From NCBI GenBank assembly GCA_964016885.1, contig OZ024754.1:20956001-21020000 (forward strand): 64,000 nt of DNA, given 5' to 3'. Source of the DNA: Eledone cirrhosa. Taxonomy: Eukaryota. The translations under genes and the position numbers were made by a program. Under the pieces are notes generated by a model. That model did no database searches. It saw only the letters and a program-made list of their open reading frames with translations, and was not told where the DNA came from. This document shows positions 1-13,600 of this stretch, in pieces. Within the stretch, counting starts at the first letter, position 1. Every line of letters begins with the position of its first letter.

Positions 1-299
1 TCCCTCCCATATTGCCCTTGGTATTAACATAGACTCCCTCCCATATTACCCTTGGTATTATCATAGGGACTCCCTCCCATATTACCCTTGGTATTAACAT
101 AGACTCCCTCCCATATTACCCTTGGTATTAACATAGACACCCTCCCATATTACCCTTGGTATTATCATATGGACACCCTCCCATATTACCCTTGGTATTA
201 ACATAGACTCCCTCCCATATTACCCTTGGTATTAACATAGACTCCCTCCCATATTAGCCTTGGTACTAACATAGGGACTCCCTGCCATATTACCCTTGG

Positions 300-2350
300 T
301 ATTAACATAGGGACTCCCTCCCATATTAGCCTTGGTATTAACATAGGGATCCCTCCCATATTAGCCTTGGTATTAACATAGACTCCCTCCCATATTACCC
401 TTGGTATTAACATAGGGACTCCCTCCCATATTACCCTTGGTATTAACATAGGGACTCCCTCCCATATTACCCTTGGTATTAACATAGACTCCCTCCCATA
501 TTACCCTTGGTATTAACATAGACTCCCTCCCATATTAGCCTTATTAACATAGGGACTCCCTCCCATATTACCCTTGGTATCAACATAGACTCCCTCCCAT
601 ATTAGCCTTCGTGTTAACATAGTGATTCCCTCCCATATTACCCTTGGTATTAACATAGGGACTCCCTCCCATATTAGACTTGGTATTAACATAGACTCCC
701 GCCCATATTACCCTGGTATTATCATAGGGACTCCCTCCCATATTACCCTTTGGTATTAACATAGACTCCCTCCCATATTACCCTTGGTATTAACATAGAC
801 TCCCTCCCATATTACCCTTGGTATTAACATAGACACCCTCCCATATTACCCTTGGTATTATCATATGGACACCCTCCCATATTACCCTTGGTATTAACAT
901 AGACTCCCTCCCATATTACCCTTGGTATTAACATAGACTCCCTCCCATATTAGCCTTGGTACTAACATAGGGACTCCCTGCCATATTAGACTTGGTATTA
1001 ACATAGGGACTCCCTGCCATATTAGACCTGGTATTAACATAGACTCCCTCCCATATTACCCTTGGTATTAACATAGGGACTCCCTCCCATATTACCCTTG
1101 GTATTAACATAGGGACTCCCTCCCATATTGCCCTTGGTATTAACATAGACTCCCTTTCATATTACCCTTGGTAATATCATAGGGACTCCCTCCCATATTA
1201 CCCTTGGTATTAACATAGACACCCTCCCATATTACCCTTTGTATTATCATATGGACACCCTCCCATATTACCCTTGGTATTAACATGCACTCCCTTCTAT
1301 ATCAGACGTGGTATTAACATAGGGACTCCCTCCCATATTACACTTGGTATTAATATAGAGACTCCCTCCCATATTACCCTTGGAATTAACATAGACTCCC
1401 TCCCATATTAGACTTGGTATTAATATAGAGACTCCCTCCCATGTTACCCTTGGTATTAACATAGACTCCCTCCCATATTAGACTTGGTATTAATATAGAG
1501 ACTCCCTCCCATATTACCCTTGGTATTAACATAGAATACCTCACATATTACCCTTGGTATTAATATAGAGACTCCCTCCCATATTACCCTTGGTATTAAC
1601 ATAGGGACTCCCTACCATATTACCCTTGGTATTAACATATAGACTCCGTCCCGTATTACCCTTGGTATTAACATAGATTCACTCCCATATTACCCTTGGT
1701 ATTAACATAGGGACTCCCTCCCATATTACCCTTGGTATTAACATAGGGACTCCCTCCCATATTACCCTTGGTAATAACATAGACTCCCTCACATATTACC
1801 CTTGGTGTTAACATAGACTCCCTCCCATATTCCCGTTGGTATTAACATAGGGACTCCCTCCCATATTAGCCTTGGTATTAACATAGGGATCCCTCCCATA
1901 TTAGCCTTGGTATTAACATAGACTCCCTCCCATATTACCCTTGGTATTAACATAGGGACTCCCTCCCATATTACCCTTGGTATTAACATAGGGACTCCCT
2001 CCCATATTACCCTTGGTATTAACATAGACTCCCTCCCATATTACCCTTGGTATTAACATAGACTCCCTCCCATATTAGCCTTATTAACATAGGGACTCCC
2101 TCCCATATTACCCTTGGTATCAACATAGACTCCCTCCCATATTAGCCTTCGTGTTAACATAGTGACTCCCTCCCATATTACCCTTGGTATTAACATAGGG
2201 ACTCCCTCCCATATTAGACTTGGTATTAACATAGACTCCCGCCCATATTACCGTGGTATTATCATAGGGACTCCCTCCCATATTACCCTTTGGTATTAAC
2301 ATAGACTCCCTCCCATATTACCCTTGGTATTAACATAGACTCCCTCCCAT
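300..2350. repeat. ~0.5-kb block of variant monomers present twice, 1540 bp apart (~300-810 and ~1840-2350)
   Basis: Shared rare variants: AGGGATCCCT at 345 and 1885, the deletion monomer AGCCTTATTAAC, GGTATCAAC, TTCGTGTTAACATAGTGA and CCCTTTGG. ORFs 580..762 and 2120..2302 are near-identical (offset 1540). Confidence 0.85.
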
Positions 2351-4562
2351 ATTACCCTTGGTACTAACATAGACTCCCTCCCATATTACCCTTGGTATTA
2401 ACATAGGGACTCCCTCCTATATTAGATTTGGTATTAACATAGACTCCCTCCCATATTACCCTTGGTATTAACATGCACTCCCTTCTATATTAGTCGTGGT
2501 ATTAACATAGGGACTCGCTCCCATATTACCCTTGTTATTAACATAGGGACTCCCTCCCATATTAGACTTGGTATTAACATAGACTCCCTCCCATATTAGA
2601 ATTGGTATTAACATAGACTCCCTCCCATATTACCCTTGGTATTAACATAGGGACTGCCTCACATATTACCCTTGGTATTAACATAGACTCCTTCCCATAT
2701 TACCCTGGGTATTAATATAGAGACTCCCTCCCATACTAACCTTGGTATTAACATAGACTCCCTCCCATATTACCCTTGGTATTAACATAGACTCCCTCCC
2801 ATATTACCCTTGGTATTAACATAGACTCCCTCCCATATTACCCTTGGTATTAACATAGACTCCCTCCCATACTACCCTTGGTAGTAACATAGGGATTCCC
2901 TCCCGTATTAGCCATGGTATTGACATAGACTACCTGCCATATTACCCTTGGTATTAACATAGACTCCTCCCATATTACCCTTGGTATTAACATAGACTCC
3001 CTCCCATATTAGCCTTGGTATTAACATAGAGACTCCCCACCCCCATATTACCCTTGGTATTAATATAGACTCCCTCCCATATTACCCTTGGTATTAACAT
3101 AGAGACGCCCTCCCATATTACCCTTAGTATTAACATAGAGACGCTCTCCCATATTACCCTTGGTATTAACATAGACTCCCTCCCATATTACCCTTGGTAT
3201 TAACATAGACTCCCTCCCATATTACCCTTGGTATTAACATAGACTCCCTCCCATATTACCCTTGGTATTTACATAGACTCCCTCCCATATTACCCTTGGT
3301 ATTAACATAGAGACTCCCTCCCATATTAGACTTGGTATTAACATAGACTCCCTCACATATTACCCTTGGTATTAACATAGACTCCCTCTCATATCAGCCT
3401 TGGTATTAATATAGAGACTCCGCCCCCCCCATATTACCCTTGGTATTAACATAGACTCTCTCCCATATTAGCCTTGGTATTAACATAGACTCCCTCACAT
3501 ATTACCCTTGGTATTAACATAGACTCCCTCCCATATTACCCTTGGTATTAACATTGACTCCCTCACATATTACCCTTGGTATTAACATAGACTCCCTCCC
3601 ATATTACCCTTGGTATTAACATAGGGACTCCCTACCATATTACCCTTGGTATTAACATAGGGACTCCCTCCAATATTACCCTTGGTATTAACATAGACTC
3701 ACTCCCATATTACCCTTGGTATTAACATAGACTCCCTCTCATATCAGCCTTGGTATTAATATAGAGACTCCGTCCCACATATTACCCTTGGTATTAACAT
3801 AGACTCTCTCCCATATTAGCCTTGGTATTAACATAGACTCCCTCACATATTACCCTTGGTATTAACATAGACTCCCTCCCATATTACCCTTGGTATTAAC
3901 ATTGACTCCCTCACATATTACCCTTGGTATTAACATAGACTCCCTCCCATATAACCCTTGGTATTAACATTGACTCCCTCACATATTACCCTTGGTATTA
4001 AGATAGACTACCTCCCATATTAACCTTGGTATTAACATAGGGACTCCCTCCCATATTACCCTTGGTATTAACATAGGGACTCCCTCTCATATTACCCTTG
4101 GTATTAACATAGACTCCCTCACATATTACCCTTGGTGTTAACATAGACTCCCTCCCATATTCCTGTTGGTATTAACATAGGGACTCCTTCCCATATTAGC
4201 CTTGGTATTAACATAGGGACTCCCTCCCATATTAGCCTTGGTATTAACATAGGGACTCCTTCCCATATTAGCCTTGGTATTAACATAGACTCCCGCCCAT
4301 ATTAGCCTTGGTATTTACATAGACTCCCTCCCATATTACCCTTGGTATTAACATACACTCCCTCCCATATTACCCTTGGTATTAACATAGGGACTCCCTC
4401 CCATATTAGACTTGGTATTAATATAGACTCCCTCCCATATTACCCTTGGTATTAACATAGACTCACTCCCATATTACCCTTGGTATTAACATAGACTCCC
4501 CCCCATGTTAGCCTTGGTATTAACATAGACTCCCTCCCATATTAGCCTTGGTATTAACATAG

Positions 4563-7500
4563 ACTCCCTCCCATATTAGCCTTGGTATTAACATAGACTC
4601 CCTCCCATATTAGCCTTGGTATTAACATAGACTACCTCCCATATTACCCTTGGTATTAACATAGACTCCCTCCCCTATTACCCTTGGTATTAACATAGGG
4701 ACTCCCTCCCATATTACACTTGGTATTAACATAGGGACTCCCTCCCATATTACCCTTGGTATTAACATAGACTCCCTCCCATATTACCCTTGGTATTAAC
4801 ATAGACACCCTCCCATATTACCCTTGGTATTAACATAGACTCCCTCCCATATTAGCCTTGGTATTAACATAGACTCCCTCCCATATTACCCTTGGAATTA
4901 ACATAGGGACTCCCTCCCATATTACCCTTGGTATTAACACAGGGCCTCCCTCCCATATTACCCTTGGTATTAACATGGACTCCCTCCCATATTAGCCTTA
5001 TTAACATAGGGACTCCCTCCCATATTACCCTTGGTATTAACATAGACACCCTCCCATATTACCCTTGGTATTATCATAGGGACTCCCTCCCATATTACCC
5101 TTGGTATTAACATAGACTCCCTCCCATATTACCCTTGGTATTAACATAGACTCCCTCCCATATTAGCCTTCGTATTAACATAGGGACCCCCTCCCATATT
5201 ACCCTTGGTATTAACATAGGGACTCCCTCCCATATTAGACTTGGTATTAACATAGACTCCCTCCCATATTACCCTTGGTATTATCATAGGGACTCCCTCC
5301 CATATTACCCTTGGTATTAACATAGACTCCCTCCCATATTACCCTTGGTATTAACATAGGGACTCCCTCCTATATTACCCTTAGTATTAACATAGACTCC
5401 CTCCCATATTACCCTTGCTATTAACATAGACTCCCTGCCATATTACCCTTTGTATTAACATAGACTGCCTCCCATATTACCCTTGGTATTAACATAGACT
5501 CCTCCCATATTACCCTTGGTATTCACATAGACTCCCTCCCATATTAGCCTTGGTATTAACATAGAGACTACCCAACCCCATATTACCCTTGGTATTAATA
5601 TAGACTCCCTCCCATTTTACCCTTGGTATTAACATAGAGACGCCCTCCCATATTACCCTTAGTATTAACATAGAGACGCTCTCCCATATTACCCTTGGTA
5701 TTAACATAGACTCCCTCCCATGTTACCCTTGGTATTAACATAGACTCCCTCCCATATTACCCTTGGTATTAACAGAGAGACTCCCTCCCATATTAACATT
5801 GGTATTAACATAGACTCCCTCCCATATTACCCATGGTATTAACATAGACTCCCTCCCATATTAGACTTGGTATTAACATAGACTCCCTCACATGTTACCC
5901 TTGGTATTAAAATAGACTCCCTCCCATATTACCCTTGGTATTAACATAGACTTCCTCCCATATCAGCCTTGGTATTAATATAGAGACTCCGCCCCCCCCC
6001 CCCCCCCATATTACCCTTGGTATTAACATAGACTCTCTCCCATATTAGCCTTGGTATTAACAAAGACTCCCTCACATATTACCCTTGGTATTAACATAGA
6101 CACCCTCCCATATTACCCTTGGTATTAACATTGACTCCCTCACATATTACCCTTGGTATTAACATCGACTCCCTCCCATATTACCCTTGGTATTAACATA
6201 GGGACTCCATCCATTATTACCTTTGGTATTAACATAGACTCCCTCCCATATTACTCTTGGTATTAACATAGACTCCCTCCCATATTAGCCTTGGTATTAA
6301 CATAGAGACTCCGTCCCGTATTACCCTTGGTATTAACATAGACTCACTCCCATATTACCCTTGGTATTAACATAGGGACTCCCTCCCATATTACCCTTGG
6401 TATTAACATAGGGACTCCCTCCCATATTACCCTTGGTATTAACATAGACTCTCTCCCATATTAGCCTTGGTATTAACAAAGACTCCCTCACATATTACCC
6501 TTGGTATTAACATAGACACCCTCCCATATTACCCTTGGTATTAACATTGACTCCCTCACATATTACCCTTGGTATTAACATCGACTCCCTCCCATATTAC
6601 CCTTGGTATTAACATAGGGACTCCATCCATTATTACCTTTGGTATTAACATAGACTCCCTCCCATATTACTCTTGGTATTAACATAGACTCCCTCCCATA
6701 TTAGCCTTGGTATTAACATAGAGACTCCGTCCCGTATTACCCTTGGTATTAACATAGACTCACTCCCATATTACCCTTGGTATTAACATAGGGACTCCCT
6801 CCCATATTACCCTTGGTATTAACATAGGGACTCCCTCCCATATTAGCCTTGGTATTAACATAGACTCCCTTCCATATTAGCCTTGGTATTTACATAGACT
6901 CCCTCCCATATTACCCATGGTATTAACATAGACTCCCTCCCATGTTAGCCTTGGTATTAACATAGACTCCCTGCCATATTAGCCTTGGTATTAACATAGA
7001 CTCCCTCCCATATTAGACTTGGTATTAACATAGACTCCATCCCATATTAGCCTTGGTATTAACATAGACTCCCTCCCATATTACCCTTGGTATTAACATA
7101 GACCCCCTTCCATATTACCCTTGGTATTAACATAGGGACTCCCTCTCATATTACCCTTGGTATTAACATAGGGACTCCCTCCCATATTAGCCTTAGTATT
7201 AACATAGGGACTCCCTCCTATATTACCCTTAGTATTAACATAGACTCCCTCCTATATTACCCTTAGTATTAACATAGACTCCCTCCCATATTACCCTTGG
7301 TATTAACATAGACTCCCTCCCATGTTAGCCTTGGTATTAACATAGACTCCCTCCCATATTAGCCTTGGTATTAACATAGACTCCCTCCCATATTAGCCTT
7401 GGTATTAACATAGACTCCCTCCCATATTAGCCTTAGTATTAACATAGACTCCTTCCCATATTACCCTTAGTATTAACATAGACTCCCTCCCATATTACCC

Positions 7501-10500
7501 TTGGTATTAACATAGACTCCCTCCCATATTACACTTGGTATTAACATAGACTCCCTCCCATATTACCCTTGCTATTAGCATAGGGACTCCCTCCCATATT
7601 ACCCTTGGTATTAACATAGGGACTCCCTCCCATATTGCCCTTGGTATTAACATAGACTCCCTCCCATATTACCCTTGGTATTATCATAGGGACTCCCTCC
7701 CATATTACCCTTGGTATTAACATAGACTCCCTCCCATATTACCCTTGGTATTAACATAGACACCCTCCCATATTACCCTTGGTATTATCATATGGACACC
7801 CTCCCATATTACCCTTGGTATTAACATAGACTCCCTCCCATATTAGCCTTGGTATTAACATAGACTCCCTCCCATATTAGCCTTGGTATTAACATAGACT
7901 ACCTCCCATATTACCCTTGGTATTAACATAGACTCCCTCCCCTATTACCCTTGGTATTAACATAGGGACTCCCTCCCATATTACACTTGGTATTAACATA
8001 GGGACTCCCTCCCATATTACCCTTGGTATTAACATAGACTCCCTCCCATATTACCCTTGGTATTAACATAGACACCCTCCCATATTACCCTTGGTATTAA
8101 CATAGACTCCCTCCCATATTAGCCTTGGTATTAACATAGACTCCCTCCCATATTACCCTTGGAATTAACATAGGGACTCCCTCCCATATTACCCTTGGTA
8201 TTAACACAGGGCCTCCCTCCCATATTACCCTTGGTATTAACATGGACTCCCTCCCATATTAGCCTTATTAACATAGGGACTCCCTCCCATATTACCCTTG
8301 GTATTAACATAGACACCCTCCCATATTACCCTTGGTATTATCATAGGGACTCCCTCCCATATTACCCTTGGTATTAACATAGACTCCCTCCCATATTACC
8401 CTTGGTATTAACATAGACTCCCTCCCATATTAGCCTTCGTATTAACATAGGGACCCCCTCCCATATTACCCTTGGTATTAACATAGGGACTCCCTCCCAT
8501 ATTAGACTTGGTATTAACATAGACTCCCTCCCATATTACCCTTGGTATTATCATAGGGACTCCCTCCCATATTACCCTTGGTATTAACATAGACTCCCTC
8601 CCATATTACCCTTGGTATTAACATAGGGACTCCCTCCTATATTACCCTTAGTATTAACATAGACTCCCTCCCATATTACCCTTGCTATTAACATAGACTC
8701 CCTGCCATATTACCCTTTGTATTAACATAGACTGCCTCCCATATTACCCTTGGTATTAACATAGACTCCTCCCATATTACCCTTGGTATTCACATAGACT
8801 CCCTCCCATATTAGCCTTGGTATTAACATAGAGACTACCCAACCCCATATTACCCTTGGTATTAATATAGACTCCCTCCCATTTTACCCTTGGTATTAAC
8901 ATAGAGACGCCCTCCCATATTACCCTTAGTATTAACATAGAGACGCTCTCCCATATTACCCTTGGTATTAACATAGACTCCCTCCCATGTTACCCTTGGT
9001 ATTAACATAGACTCCCTCCCATATTACCCTTGGTATTAACAGAGAGACTCCCTCCCATATTAACATTGGTATTAACATAGACTCCCTCCCATATTACCCA
9101 TGGTATTAACATAGACTCCCTCCCATATTAGACTTGGTATTAACATAGACTCCCTCACATGTTACCCTTGGTATTAAAATAGACTCCCTCCCATATTACC
9201 CTTGGTATTAACATAGACTTCCTCCCATATCAGCCTTGGTATTAATATAGAGACTCCCCCCCCCCATATTACCCTTGGTATTAACATAGACTCTCTCCCA
9301 TATTAGCCTTGGTATTAACAAAGACTCCCTCACATATTACCCTTGGTATTAACATAGACACCCTCCCATATTACCCTTGGTATTAACATTGACTCCCTCA
9401 CATATTACCCTTGGTATTAACATCGACTCCCTCCCATATTACCCTTGGTATTAACATAGGGACTCCATCCATTATTACCTTTGGTATTAACATAGACTCC
9501 CTCCCATATTACTCTTGGTATTAACATAGACTCCCTCCCATATTAGCCTTGGTATTAACATAGAGACTCCGTCCCGTATTACCCTTGGTATTAACATAGA
9601 CTCACTCCCATATTACCCTTGGTATTAACATAGGGACTCCCTCCCATATTACCCTTGGTATTAACATAGGGACTCCCTCCCATATTAGCCTTGGTATTAA
9701 CATAGACTCCCTTCCATATTAGCCTTGGTATTTACATAGACTCCCTCCCATATTACCCATGGTATTAACATAGACTCCCTCCCATGTTAGCCTTGGTATT
9801 AACATAGACTCCCTGCCATATTAGCCTTGGTATTAACATAGACTCCCTCCCATATTAGACTTGGTATTAACATAGACTCCATCCCATATTAGCCTTGGTA
9901 TTAACATAGACTCCCTCCCATATTACCCTTGGTATTAACATAGACCCCCTTCCATATTACCCTTGGTATTAACATAGGGACTCCCTCTCATATTACCCTT
10001 GGTATTAACATAGGGACTCCCTCCCATATTAGCCTTAGTATTAACATAGGGACTCCCTCCTATATTACCCTTAGTATTAACATAGACTCCCTCCTATATT
10101 ACCCTTAGTATTAACATAGACTCCCTCCCATATTACCCTTGGTATTAACATAGACTCCCTCCCATGTTAGCCTTGGTATTAACATAGACTCCCTCCCATA
10201 TTAGCCTTGGTATTAACATAGACTCCCTCCCATATTAGCCTTGGTATTAACATAGACTCCCTCCCATATTAGCCTTAGTATTAACATAGACTCCTTCCCA
10301 TATTACCCTTAGTATTAACATAGACTCCCTCCCATATTACCCTTGGTATTAACATAGACTCCCTCCCATATTACACTTGGTATTAACATAGACTCCCTCC
10401 CATATTACCCTTGCTATTAGCATAGGGACTCCCTCCCATATTACCCTTGGTATTAACATAGGGACTCCCTCCCATATTGCCCTTGGTATTAACATAGACT

Positions 10501-10670
10501 CCCTCCCATATTACCCTTGGTATTATCATAGGGACTCCCTCCCATATTACCCTTGGTATTAACATAGACTCCCTCCCATATTACCCTTGGTATTAACATA
10601 GACACCCTCCCATATTACCCTTGGTATTATCATATGGACACCCTCCCATATTACCCTTGGTATTAACATA
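4563..10670. repeat. Recent tandem duplication, unit ~3.27 kb (copy 1 ~4563-7829, copy 2 ~7830-10670)
   Basis: Identical ORF pairs 4864/8131, 5141/8408 and 5510/8777 (offset 3267), and 7541/10383 (offset 2842). The 425-bp change equals a 416-bp internal duplication plus 9 nt of C-tract length in copy 1. Confidence 0.92.
6032..6845. repeat. 416-bp (12-monomer) tandem duplication nested in copy 1 of the 3.27-kb block
   Basis: AACAAAG at 6059 and 6475. CATCGACT, CCATCCATTATTACCTTTGG and CCGTCCCGTA each occur twice 416 bp apart, but only once in copy 2 (9.3-9.7 kb). Confidence 0.9.
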
Positions 10671-13600
10671 GACTCCCTCCCATATTACCCTTGGTATTAA
10701 CAAAGACTCCCTCCCATATTAGCCTTGGTACTAACATAGGGACTCCCTGCCATATAAGACATGGTATTAACATAGGGACTCCCTCCCATATTACCCTTGG
10801 TATTAACATAGGGACTCCCTCCCATATTAGACTTGGTATTAACATAGACTCCCGCCCATATTAACCTGGTATTATCATAGGGACTCCCTCCCATATTACC
10901 CTTTGGTATTAACATAGACTCCCTCCCATATTACCCTTGGTATTAACATAGACTCCCTCCCATATTACCCTTGGTACTAACATAGACTCCCTCCCATATT
11001 ACCCTTGGTATTAACATAGGGACTCCCTCCTATATTAGATTTGGTATTAACATAGACTCCCTCCCATATTACCCTTGGTATTAACATGCACTCCCTTCTA
11101 TATTAGTCGTGGTATTAACATAGGGACTCGCTCCCATATTACCCTTGGTATTAACATAGGGACTCCCTCCCATATTAGACTTGGTATTAACATAGACTCC
11201 CTCCCATATTAGAATTGGTATTAACATAGACTCCCTCCCATATTACCCTTGGAATTAACATAGGGACTGCCTCACATATTACCCTTGGTATTAACATAGA
11301 CTCCCTCCCATATTAGCCTTGGTATTAACATAGACTCCCTCCCATATTAGCCTTGGTATTAACATAGACTCCCTCCCATATTAGCCTTAGTATTAACATA
11401 GACTCCTTCCCATATTACCCTTGGTATTAACATAGACTCCCTCCCATATTACACTTGGTATTAACATAGACTCCCTCCCATATTACCCTTGGTATTAACA
11501 TAGGGACTCCCTCCCATAATACCCTTGGTATTAACACAGGGACTCCCTCCCATATTGCCCTTGGTATTAACATAGACTCCCTCCCATGTTACCCTTGGTA
11601 TTATCATAGGGACTCCCTCCCATATTACCCTTGGTATTAACATAGTCTCCCTCCCATATTACCCTTGGTATTATCATATGGACACCCTCCCATATTACCC
11701 TTGGTATTAACATAGACTCCCTCCCATATTACCCTTGGTATTGACATAGACTCCCTCCCATATTAGCCTTGGTATTAACATAGGGACTCCCTCCCATATT
11801 ACCCTTGGTATTAACATAGGGACTCCCTGCCATATTAGACTTGGTATTAACATAGACTCCCTCCCATATTACCCTTGGTATTAACATAGACTCCCTCCCA
11901 TATTACCCTTGGTATTAACATAGGGACTCCCTCCCATATTACCCTTGGTATTAACATAGACACCCTCCCATATTACCCTTGGTATTATCATATGGACACC
12001 CTCCCATATTACCCTTGGTATTAACATAGACTCCCTCCCATATTACCCTTGGTATTAACATGCACTCCCTTCTATATCAGACGTGGTATTAACATAGAGA
12101 CTCCCTCCCATATTAGACTTGGTATTAACATAGGGACTCACTCCCATATTACCCTTGGTATTAACATAGGGACTCCCTCACATATTACCCTTGGTATTAA
12201 CATAGAGACACCCTCCCATATTACCCTTGGTATTAACATAGGGACTCCCTCCCATATTACACTTGGTATTAATATAGAGACTCCCTCCCATATTACCCTT
12301 GGTATTAACATAGATTCCTTCCCATACTAACATAGACCCCCTCCCATATTACCCTTGGTATTAACATAGGGACTCCCTCCTATATTAGATTTGGTATTAA
12401 CATAGACTCCCTCCCATATTACCCTTGGTATTAACATGCACTCCCTTCTATATTAGTCTTGGTATTAACATAGGGACTCCCTCCCATATTAGACTTGGTA
12501 TTAACATAGACTCCCTCCCATATTAGAATTGGTATTAACATAGACTCCCTCCTATATTACCCTTGGTATTAACATAGGGACTCCCTCACATATTACCCTT
12601 GGTATTAACATAGGGACTCCCTCCCATATTACCCTTGGTATTAACATAGACTCCCTCCCATATTACCCTTGGTATTATCATAGGGACTCCCTCCCATATT
12701 ACCCTTGGTATTAACATAGACTCCCTCCCATATTACCCTTGGTATTAACATAGACACCCTCCCATATTACCCTTGGTATTATCATATGGACACCCTCCCA
12801 TATTACCCTTGGTATTAACATAGACTCCCTCCCATATTACCCTTGGTATTAACAAAGACTCCCTCCCATATTAGCCTTGGTACTAACATAGGGACTCCCT
12901 GCCATATAAGACATGGTATTAACATAGGGACTCCCTCCCATATTACCCTTGGTATTAACATAGGGACTCCCTCCCATATTAGACTTGGTATTAACATAGA
13001 CTCCCGCCCATATTAACCTGGTATTATCATAGGGACTCCCTCCCATATTACCCTTTGGTATTAACATAGACTCCCTCCCATATTACCCTTGGTATTAACA
13101 TAGACTCCCTCCCATATTACCCTTGGTACTAACATAGACTCCCTCCCATATTACCCTTGGTATTAACATAGGGACTCCCTCCTATATTAGATTTGGTATT
13201 AACATAGACTCCCTCCCATATTACCCTTGGTATTAACATGCACTCCCTTCTATATTAGTCGTGGTATTAACATAGGGACTCGCTCCCATATTACCCTTGG
13301 TATTAACATAGGGACTCCCTCCCATATTAGACTTGGTATTAACATAGACTCCCTCCCATATTAGAATTGGTATTAACATAGACTCCCTCCCATATTACCC
13401 TTGGAATTAACATAGGGACTGCCTCACATATTACCCTTGGTATTAACATAGACTCCCTCCCATATTAGCCTTGGTATTAACATAGACTCCCTCCCATATT
13501 AGCCTTGGTATTAACATAGACTCCCTCCCATATTAGCCTTAGTATTAACATAGACTCCTTCCCATATTACCCTTGGTATTAACATAGACTCCCTCCCATA

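Noticed and set aside
67-76. NF-kB-like (GGGACTCCCT), NR5A-like (CCAAGGCTA) and G-box/HRE-like (ACGTGG) motifs
   Set aside because: The matches are short or imperfect, the host is unknown and there is no gene context, so they cannot be supported as regulatory sites.
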